Positions 57,102 through 64,000 of a stretch of 64,000 nucleotides of DNA are shown piece by piece. The notes beneath the pieces are model-generated. The model searched no databases, was not told the origin of the DNA, and saw only the letters and a list, made by a program, of their open reading frames with translations. The stretch comes from an uncultured virus (IMG/VR IMGVR_UViG_3300033121_001601) (taxonomy: Duplodnaviria; Heunggongvirae; Uroviricota; Caudoviricetes). Both the position numbers and the translations under genes were made by a program. Location of the stretch: positions 1-64,000 of the IMG/VR virus record IMGVR_UViG_3300033121_001601. One strand, written 5' to 3'. Position 1 is the first letter of the stretch, and the number at the start of each line of letters is the position of its first letter.

Positions 57102-58091
57102 TTAAACTGCCGGTGTGCTTCCATCCCAACGCACAACGTAGTCTCTCATGCAAATCCAGTCTTTAGAGCCCGAGCTGGTTGTTGATAGAGTGTCCCCCGT
57201 GCTACGGCTTACGTTCTTGGCCCTTAGGAGGCTTGAGAAGCCCTTGAACCCTGTTGTGCCACCTGCTGCGCTTTGGCGCGCCCAAAACACCGGCAGAACG
57301 TCGTCCTTGGCGTTGGAGGGGTTAGTGCCGAGAGTATTGGTAGCTGTTATCGTGGCAGCATTATACCAGCTTAAGGAAGGTATACCTATTCCAGTAAATG
57401 ACTCTCCGGTTACTCCTTTTGCCAACCAGCATTTAGGAGTATGCGGCAATGATGCAGTAGAAACTTGATTCATGGCATTGTTATTGCCTGCTGCATCTTG
57501 AACTAAAACATTGGAGCTGCCGGCATAGAAAACGTATGGATCGTTGTCGGTGTTGGGGAAAGACCCAGAAATCATTGGATCCATGAGAATCATGGTGGTG
57601 GGATTCCCGCCTCCGATTGGATATGCTCCGGCCCAAAAACCATATGGAGCCTCATTGTCTGCAACGCAATGCCAACGATAGGTGTTATCCGTGGCAAATA
57701 AGGTTTGTCCTGCCGCTCCATCTGCAAAAATCCATCGGCGTTCGACATTTCCTGTATCATTGGGCATTACAGTAGCTGAACCACCATTGGTCGAAGCGCT
57801 AGAATGGGTGTAGGTAATTCTCCACACTAGATTTGTTGTGGTTCGTTGGAATCCTAATTCTCTTCTCACTCCTCCATAGGAACCAGTAGCTCCAAGTGGT
57901 TGTTTGACCACGAAGTACGCATTGGCATTAGCTAATACGGCTCCGCTAGTAATCAAATCGCCTGCTTGCAAAGTTGTTCCATTTGAGGAGGACACCACCA
58001 CCCAACCTGCAGCAACGAGAAGTTGCTTGAAGTTGTACATGGCTTCTGCTCCTGTAGCGGGTGTTAAACTTGCACTTGTTATGATGGTCAT
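57102..58091 (-). CDS. Putative virion/fibre protein
   Basis: 329 aa, Thr/Gly/Ala/Ser-rich, with L..AGW....S at the N-terminus. Confidence 0.55.
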   Translation of the reverse strand: MTIITSASLTPATGAEAMYNFKQLLVAAGWVVVSSSNGTTLQAGDLITSGAVLANANAYFVVKQPLGATGSYGGVRRELGFQRTTTNLVWRITYTHSSASTNGGSATVMPNDTGNVERRWIFADGAAGQTLFATDNTYRWHCVADNEAPYGFWAGAYPIGGGNPTTMILMDPMISGSFPNTDNDPYVFYAGSSNVLVQDAAGNNNAMNQVSTASLPHTPKCWLAKGVTGESFTGIGIPSLSWYNAATITATNTLGTNPSNAKDDVLPVFWARQSAAGGTTGFKGFSSLLRAKNVSRSTGDTLSTTSSGSKDWICMRDYVVRWDGSTPAV

Positions 58092-58098
58092 TTCATTC

Positions 58099-59700
58099 CT
58101 ACACTGTAGTCAATAGCTCAGCTGAACCCAAAATAGCAGTAGCACTGTTTTGGGCTACGTAAAGCTGGATTTCGTAAATTTGCTGACTGCTAGTCACGAA
58201 GTTGACTGCGCCAGTCAGGTTAGTAGAAATCTTCCTTTCTGGTGTGGTCGAAGTGCTTGTTATGGCAATGTTGCCAGGACCACCAATCTCCACATAAGCT
58301 CCGGAGGTTACGTTATACAGGAGGAGAGAAGCAGTTGTGGCTGTTGTCGATAGAATTGCAGCCAAGTAAACCGCCGAAGAGCTTGGAGTAAAGCAAAATT
58401 CGGATGGCACCCAAATGTTTTGACCGCAAACTTGCGGGTTGCTTGAGGTGTTGTTAGTGGTATTGTATGATGCCATAAACAAACGTCCATAGGTTCCTGC
58501 AGAACCAGTGATCGTTACGGCACCGTTGGAGCTGCTGTTAATTACGACCCCAGGTCCAGCTCGAAGGTAGGACGTTCCATCTGTAAGCTTTGTGAGAGAT
58601 CCAGAAATTCCTTTGTTGAACTCAAAAGGACAATAGGAAATGCCTGAAAGACTCCCTGTCATCAAAATTTGAGTTCCTGAGAGAAATACAGGATCTCCAG
58701 CAATGACAACTGTGTTTACTTTGTCTCCAAATTGGAGAGTGCTTGCATCAGGAAAGAAGGTAAGTGCATTGCTCCAGTTCCCTCCGATGCCGTCCCAGAA
58801 TGAAATAAAAGTACCAACAGTCCCGTTGTCATTGACATTGCCAAGAAAGACGCCACTTTGAGCTATTAGAGACCTGCTGGCAATTAAGGTGCCAGAAACG
58901 TAAAGGTCTCCTCCGAAGAGACTTGCTTTGGAAAGAGCATACAGATTGTCAAGGTTGGAGCTAGTCTGAGGAGAACCGCTTACGAAGAAGAAGATGTCAC
59001 TTCCAAGCTGATTGGGATACCTTCCAGAAGAGTCAAATGAAACAGAAGAGGTTGTATACGCTCTCGTTCCGCTAACCGTAAATAAGGAAGGCGAGGATGA
59101 GGATCCTGATATCGTTACTGCACCATTAGCCGTTGTGCCAATTGTGATTCCGGGACCAGCTACAAATGCTGGATTCCCATCCGCTAAAGCAGTATGGGAT
59201 CCGGAAATGCCAACAGATACTAGCAAGTCCCCATCAATTTCAGTCGAAGAGCTAAGAATGATCCCATAGCCTGTGTCTGTCGGAGCAAAGAAGAAATTGT
59301 TAGCACGGAACAGGAATGTTTCAAAAGGGTTCCCGACAACAGGGTTGTCATCTTCGATGAAGAAAAATTGCTTGAAAGTCGCATCAACACGACTTAGATA
59401 GTGAATGGGGCCAATGACATCAAAGGAACCCTGAACTCTTAGAGTTCCGGAAACATGAGCGTCTCCACCGAAGCCAACAATGCCATGCGAGCCAGAATCT
59501 AAACTGCCGCTTGAGCCAGAAATGAACAGAAAGACATCTGTTCCAATAGAGCTGGTTGAGAATAAGCTGGTATTCAATCCTCCAGAAAGATTAGATGCGA
59601 CAGAGAAGGGGTAAACAAGCAAACTTGCATTTGTTCCAGTGGAACCTGAAGCAATAAGCTTGTTTGTCCTGGTTTGGCTAGCTCGAAAATCTAATGCCAC
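58099..59700 (-). CDS. Putative tail fibre/virion protein with internal repeats
   Basis: Two copies each of G.D.F.F.SGS..FGGD..VSG and ISGS.T.L.DG....AGPG..I....NGAVTI.GS. Confidence 0.7.
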   Translation of the reverse strand: MALDFRASQTRTNKLIASGSTGTNASLLVYPFSVASNLSGGLNTSLFSTSSIGTDVFLFISGSSGSLDSGSHGIVGFGGDAHVSGTLRVQGSFDVIGPIHYLSRVDATFKQFFFIEDDNPVVGNPFETFLFRANNFFFAPTDTGYGIILSSSTEIDGDLLVSVGISGSHTALADGNPAFVAGPGITIGTTANGAVTISGSSSSPSLFTVSGTRAYTTSSVSFDSSGRYPNQLGSDIFFFVSGSPQTSSNLDNLYALSKASLFGGDLYVSGTLIASRSLIAQSGVFLGNVNDNGTVGTFISFWDGIGGNWSNALTFFPDASTLQFGDKVNTVVIAGDPVFLSGTQILMTGSLSGISYCPFEFNKGISGSLTKLTDGTSYLRAGPGVVINSSSNGAVTITGSAGTYGRLFMASYNTTNNTSSNPQVCGQNIWVPSEFCFTPSSSAVYLAAILSTTATTASLLLYNVTSGAYVEIGGPGNIAITSTSTTPERKISTNLTGAVNFVTSSQQIYEIQLYVAQNSATAILGSAELLTTV

Positions 59701-59732
59701 AGTTGAGTACCTCAGGAGTAAGTAGGCAATGG

Positions 59733-60527
59733 TTACGGACCAGGAACGCCTGTGTCTGGATTGGCCTGGAAATAAGAACCAGAGGTGTCACTCAGGACAA
59801 TAAACTGAATCAGCCCATCGTAAGCAATTGATAGGTCATTCACAGCATAACTAGAGGATACCGCAGAGATGTTTTGGCCGATGTCCAAGGTCACATCCAA
59901 GCTAGTTCCGATTGGATTGTAGTTGAGAAACTTGGGATTATCGGGAAGTGTAGCCCAAGACATCGTAACCGAAGAAGCTCCTCCAGCGCTTATCTGTCCA
60001 GCAGCACACCAAGCGAAGGTGCCAGAAAGATCCGTAGCACGGTTCACATACACAGGATAAGACCCAGCCGTATAAACGCCGCGATAGGTTATCTTCCCAG
60101 TGAACGGAGCCGAGAAGTTGGCTCTAAAGCCTGTGATTCCCAGGTTGGTCACCCACCAAGCAACAGAAGGGGTTTCCTCCCCATTCGTACCCGTGAACTG
60201 ACTCTGAGATGTCTCAAAGCCAAGGTAAGGAATACCGGAGAATGGAGTGGGAAAGGTGATGTCCTGGTAAAGCGACGACGAGAAGGAGCCAACTGTTACC
60301 TCCAGGTACTCCACAATGGAAGGGTTGGAAGATGAGGAGGCTGATTCTTGGTTTTGGTTGACGAGAAAGAAATCTCGGTCTCGGATAATCTTCTGAAAAT
60401 CAAAAGACCGAGTGGTATCGGTGAGAGGGTCAATAAAAGACCGAATGTCCGGTCTTCTGGACATTCCGTACCCGTAGACTTTACGGTACTTTGACCGGTT
60501 TTTTGCAAACTTGTCGTCGATACTCAC
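59733..60527 (-). CDS. Putative virion protein
   Basis: ITFPTPFSGIP and F.ANFSAPFTG.I.Y (H-type lectin / gp53-like pattern); ATACTTA-6nt-GTG. Confidence 0.55.
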   Translation of the reverse strand: MSIDDKFAKNRSKYRKVYGYGMSRRPDIRSFIDPLTDTTRSFDFQKIIRDRDFFLVNQNQESASSSSNPSIVEYLEVTVGSFSSSLYQDITFPTPFSGIPYLGFETSQSQFTGTNGEETPSVAWWVTNLGITGFRANFSAPFTGKITYRGVYTAGSYPVYVNRATDLSGTFAWCAAGQISAGGASSVTMSWATLPDNPKFLNYNPIGTSLDVTLDIGQNISAVSSSYAVNDLSIAYDGLIQFIVLSDTSGSYFQANPDTGVPGP

Positions 60528-60583
60528 AACTTGTAAGTATCCACTCGCTTCGGAGTGGAACGAAGCAAGATAGACCCATTAGC

Positions 60584-61258
60584 CTACAGGATGCTTGCAG
60601 CAATTGTGGCCAACTTGCTGCTCAGGACGTATTGACCTTCTTTGAACTCCACCAAACCTTTCTTCAAAAGGTCAATGGCCAACTTCTCAGCGGAAGCATG
60701 AACAGCTTGGTGTATTTGCCTGGACTCGGTAATTGTCGTTCCAGAACACAAATACAGATTGCTGGGATGATTGTTGAGTTTGTCTTCATCAATATGATGA
60801 ACAATCTCATGTGACTCTAGGAACCGTCCCAATTCTTTCTCCATCACCAAGATGTGTTCCATGATGTATTTGCCGTTTTTTCTGGGTTTGGTACGTGGAT
60901 GTTCCTCATCTACAATAATTTGCTTATAGCCACTTTGGTATCTCCACCCTTGTTTGCGAATGGCTTTACTGATGGCTTTCCGATGTGACGGGCTGTAGGT
61001 CTTGCCTGTGAGCTGTTTGGTCGTTGAACAAGACTTGCACGGATGCTCTGCTTTTTTGCAGTTTGAAAGGAAATGCACCTCTCGTTCGATGTTGCAGTAT
61101 TCACATCGAACGAGAGCAATCTTGTCTTTTGCCAGAGTGGTTTTGCCGGGTTTGGACGCAATCAACATACCATTAGATATGCGTTGCCAAGTTGGATTTT
61201 TTGGAAAAGCGACACTAGAGAATGGAAGCCGCAATAGTGGCCAACTTGCTTCGTTCAC
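60584..61258 (-). CDS. HNH homing endonuclease (HNH_3 type); start uncertain, possibly ATG 61168
   Basis: GY, HP, Y..EH.LVME..LGR.L...EIVHHIDEDKLNN..SNL. Confidence 0.85.
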   Translation of the reverse strand: MNEASWPLLRLPFSSVAFPKNPTWQRISNGMLIASKPGKTTLAKDKIALVRCEYCNIEREVHFLSNCKKAEHPCKSCSTTKQLTGKTYSPSHRKAISKAIRKQGWRYQSGYKQIIVDEEHPRTKPRKNGKYIMEHILVMEKELGRFLESHEIVHHIDEDKLNNHPSNLYLCSGTTITESRQIHQAVHASAEKLAIDLLKKGLVEFKEGQYVLSSKLATIAASIL

Positions 61259-63578
61259 CTTTGGTTAAGGTGACGTGGCCAGAGAGGTCATAGGTTTTGA
61301 ACTTCTCAATTGCCACGGTCAGGCCGTTAGACACTGAATCCACATACATATTGTCAATCTGCTCAATGTCCCCAGTCAGGACGATTTTGGTTCCCTCACC
61401 CACACGAGTGATGAGGGTCTTCAACTCATGAGCATTGAGGTTCTGCGCCTCATCAATGATCATGAAGGCATTGGCGATAGATCTACCACGGATGTAGGTC
61501 ATGGCTTCAACCTCGATGGTGCCATTCTCGAAGAGCATCTGGAGAGTCTCTTCGCCCCTCTTGCTCTTCTTTCCGTCAGCCGAAAGCAGGAACCGGAGGT
61601 TGTCCTTGATCGGGGCAACCCATGGCTCCATCTTTTCCTCCATAGTGTTATGGGTTACCACGAAATGGTTGGTAATGTAAAGATGCTCCGGATTGTCAAC
61701 GAGAATGCACTGCATTTCAACTTTTTTTCCAGTCCTCTCAATTCCAACAATTCTTCGTCTGCGTTCCAGTTTACGAAACTGGTAACGTTCACGCTTGCGA
61801 GTTAAGTTGAACGGCTGGAACTGGTCCTCCCAGAAAGACACAGAAATTGTGTACGCCCTCTTTAGTGCCGAGAATTTTGTATTGGCAGCTCCTCCGAGTG
61901 AGAATACCAATTCCTTAAATCCATCTGCAAGGGCTTTAGAACAGGTTGTCAAGCTAACATCGGAACCATCTGCTGACACATAGCCATCTGTATCCATTAA
62001 TCCTTGCAAAAGCGCAACTCTGTCTTGAATTGAGGCTGTCAGGTACTCGACTGGGATGAATTTTGTGTACGAATTGGCCCCAGCAAGCCCGAGAGATTCT
62101 ATTCCAGCTCGAACAATATTGGGAACCCTTTTCTTTCGTCCAATGTTGTCTGACATCCCGAAATACCAAGTTAAGCCCGACTTGTGGCGTAACGTTGCTC
62201 CGCTCGGGAGGGAACGCTGAACCCTCTCTACAATTTCACTATCAGCAGAAGACAATTCAGTAGCATATCGCTGGGTTACACATCCATCACCAAGAATGGC
62301 GCCAAGGACATAAGGATCAATTGGAAGTTTGTGAACTGTCTGATACTCCACTGGTTTCACGTATTGCACAAAATGGTGCAGGTGTTCCTTTCCCGTAAGG
62401 AGATCAACTTCAATTTCCTTGGTTGACCGGGTTTTGGGAATTTCTTCGTGTGGCTTGTATGTGTTCCACGGATGGTCCTCGCAGCACTCAACTTCAGCTC
62501 CATCCTCAAAGATAAGCTTCAAAACCTCCTTTTGCCCTTTCGGAAAGACCTCCAGAACAGACGTTGGCTTACCATCCCGAGCAATCACCTGATTACCCTT
62601 CTGGATTGCTCCCATTGTGGTCCACCCCGTCGGCGTTAATACCTTGGAGTAAAGTGGTTGAGGTCCCGGAAGAAATCCAATGTCTTTGCCCAAGGGCTGA
62701 ATTGGACGGCACACGATGAGGCTCTTGTACCGCTTCTGGTCAATTACCTGATGGAGGCCAGCTGCAATGGCCAAGAGAGTCTTGCCGGTACCAGCAGAAC
62801 CAACAATGGTCGCCAGGGAGATAGAAGGATCCATCAGAAGGTCGATGGCAAATTTCTGCTCCTTGTTTCTTCCTTCGATCTTTGAAGGTGCAAACTCGGT
62901 GATTCCTTTGACCTTGCCACCCTTGTATCGCATGATGGCTGAAGACTCAGCTCCCTCCCTCTTTACAAGCAAGAACTGATTCTCGTAAAGGGTACTCTTA
63001 ACTTCTTCTGGAAGCTCTAAAACTCCTTCTCGATAAAACCTCTCTAGGTCATAGTCTCCAACCAAAGTAGTCTCGCCTGTGTACAAGCCAGAAATAGACT
63101 CAGCCACATGTAGCTTTTTATAGTCATCAGCTAGAATGCCCAAAGCATGAGCCTTGAGTCGAAGTAAGATGTCCCTGGACACCAAGACCATCTCTGCGTC
63201 CGGGTTCTTTCGCTTGAAAGCCATACAGACCGCAAGAATCTGGTTGTCTCCAGATTTGCCTTCCAACTCCGATGGGATCAGTTCCTTCAGGTCTGAAAAT
63301 CCAAGGGAGTTGAACGACAGAATCCGAAGCGACCCCTGACCTTCTCCAAGCGGAATAGGTTCATCAAATGCCTTGTGATCTTTTGTTATTTCCGTTAGCT
63401 TCCGAGAGGTCTCTCGGGCATGCCTACCCACTTCATCCTGACGGTCTTTGTGTCTGTCCAACTCCTCCAGGACAATCATAGGCAGAACCACGTCGTGCTC
63501 CTTGAAGGAGAACATGGCATTCGAGTCAGAGAGAAGAACGTTGGTGTCGAGGACAAAAGTTTTCTTGTTGTTGTTCAT
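61215..63578 (-). CDS. phoH: PIN-PhoH (PhoH2-type) ATPase with intein
   Basis: PIN motifs VLDTNVL, LEELD, DN.IL and SRD. PhoH motifs G.AGTGKT, IGFLPG|T.EEKM.PW, YIRGRS, IDEAQN, TRVG.G.KIV.TGD..Q.D. Confidence 0.93.
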   Translation of the reverse strand: MNNNKKTFVLDTNVLLSDSNAMFSFKEHDVVLPMIVLEELDRHKDRQDEVGRHARETSRKLTEITKDHKAFDEPIPLGEGQGSLRILSFNSLGFSDLKELIPSELEGKSGDNQILAVCMAFKRKNPDAEMVLVSRDILLRLKAHALGILADDYKKLHVAESISGLYTGETTLVGDYDLERFYREGVLELPEEVKSTLYENQFLLVKREGAESSAIMRYKGGKVKGITEFAPSKIEGRNKEQKFAIDLLMDPSISLATIVGSAGTGKTLLAIAAGLHQVIDQKRYKSLIVCRPIQPLGKDIGFLPGPQPLYSKVLTPTGWTTMGAIQKGNQVIARDGKPTSVLEVFPKGQKEVLKLIFEDGAEVECCEDHPWNTYKPHEEIPKTRSTKEIEVDLLTGKEHLHHFVQYVKPVEYQTVHKLPIDPYVLGAILGDGCVTQRYATELSSADSEIVERVQRSLPSGATLRHKSGLTWYFGMSDNIGRKKRVPNIVRAGIESLGLAGANSYTKFIPVEYLTASIQDRVALLQGLMDTDGYVSADGSDVSLTTCSKALADGFKELVFSLGGAANTKFSALKRAYTISVSFWEDQFQPFNLTRKRERYQFRKLERRRRIVGIERTGKKVEMQCILVDNPEHLYITNHFVVTHNTMEEKMEPWVAPIKDNLRFLLSADGKKSKRGEETLQMLFENGTIEVEAMTYIRGRSIANAFMIIDEAQNLNAHELKTLITRVGEGTKIVLTGDIEQIDNMYVDSVSNGLTVAIEKFKTYDLSGHVTLTKGERSKLATIAASIL
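61647..62663 (-). mobile_element. Class-3 intein (Pro1) with LAGLIDADG endonuclease, 339 aa
   Basis: Starts PQPLYSKVLTPTGW; DHPW; LGAILGDG and LQGLMDTDG; MQCILV; ends VTHN|T. Confidence 0.88.
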
Positions 63579-63619
63579 CGCATGTTATTTCTAAGCTGTG
63601 GCACTTGCAAGAACATTGG

Positions 63620-63625
63620 ATTATA
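63620..63625 (-). promoter_or_regulatory. Possible sigma70-type -10 box for phoH
   Basis: TATAAT about 40 nt upstream of the phoH ATG; -35 match is poor. Confidence 0.4.
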
Positions 63626-63650
63626 CGTGAATGCCTTTTTTGCATCTAAC

Positions 63651-63995
63651 TTACAAGACGTTCTTTGAACCCTTCACTTGCTTCCCAGCAGCCTTCGTTG
63701 GGACAGTCTTCGGAGTCTCAACAACAGGAGGCGCAGCTGCCGGCTCTTCTGTTTCCTTAGCCACAGAAGACTCTACCGCCTGAGATTCGGAAACTGAATC
63801 AGAAGCTTTTTCTTCAGCAATAATGACTGGTTCCGGAGTTTTTTCAGGCTCAGAAATGGCAACGACGGCAGGTGCTTGAGGTTGTACTTTCGGAGTGAAA
63901 GGAACAGCCAGCATGCCGTCGTAGCCAAGTGTGCGATGCGGGACGGATGGGTCCAATCCCTTTGAGATTGCGTCAGCAGCGATATGCAGCTTCAT
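63651..63995 (-). CDS. Hypothetical protein, low complexity (Pro/Glu/Ala/Lys)
   Basis: 114-aa ORF; its start could extend beyond the window edge. Confidence 0.55.
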   Translation of the reverse strand: MKLHIAADAISKGLDPSVPHRTLGYDGMLAVPFTPKVQPQAPAVVAISEPEKTPEPVIIAEEKASDSVSESQAVESSVAKETEEPAAAPPVVETPKTVPTKAAGKQVKGSKNVL

Positions 63996-64000
63996 ACCCA

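Noticed and set aside
1..64000. Stop-codon reassignment (TAG read as Gln)
   Set aside because: ORFs over 1000 aa are uninterrupted in code 11, and TAG ends many genes at conserved C-termini.
1..64000. tRNA, rRNA, group I intron, or reverse-transcriptase system (DGR, retron)
   Set aside because: Intergenic gaps are short and I saw no cloverleaf, split gene or RT motif. A covariance-model search would be needed to exclude small RNAs.

Overview
This window looks like a 64-kb segment of a jumbo, T4-like contractile-tailed phage genome. It uses the standard genetic code and nearly all genes are on the minus strand. From left to right it holds: (i) a DnaG/TOPRIM primase cut by the window edge, a RuvC-like resolvase and a gp4/TnsA-like nuclease; (ii) a ~30-kb baseplate/virion module with gp5-like, gp25-like, gp6-like and LamG/FN3-type proteins; (iii) a gp55-like late sigma factor; (iv) a ~20-kb sugar-modification island with 8 glycosyltransferases plus a truncated one, a UDP-sugar dehydrogenase carrying two inteins, a methyltransferase and a radical SAM enzyme; (v) a Cas4-like exonuclease, a Prim-Pol, further virion/fibre genes and a PIN-PhoH gene with a class-3 intein. 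Five intact and five degenerate free-standing homing endonuclease genes sit between the genes. The most unusual signals are: small ORFs built from major-capsid-protein fragments that share a synonymously varied peptide tag (QLRKAGLK, 5 copies); a TANTTA motif at a fixed 5-nt spacing from start codons, suggesting leaderless late transcripts; a 25-bp element ending in G-quadruplex-type GGGA runs, found twice 54 kb apart next to primase loci; strong [ST]GS enrichment in a subset of virion proteins near the glycosylation island; and a recoded duplicate of the phoH C-terminus fused to the neighbouring HNH gene. All functional calls come from motif recognition by eye; no database searches were run.
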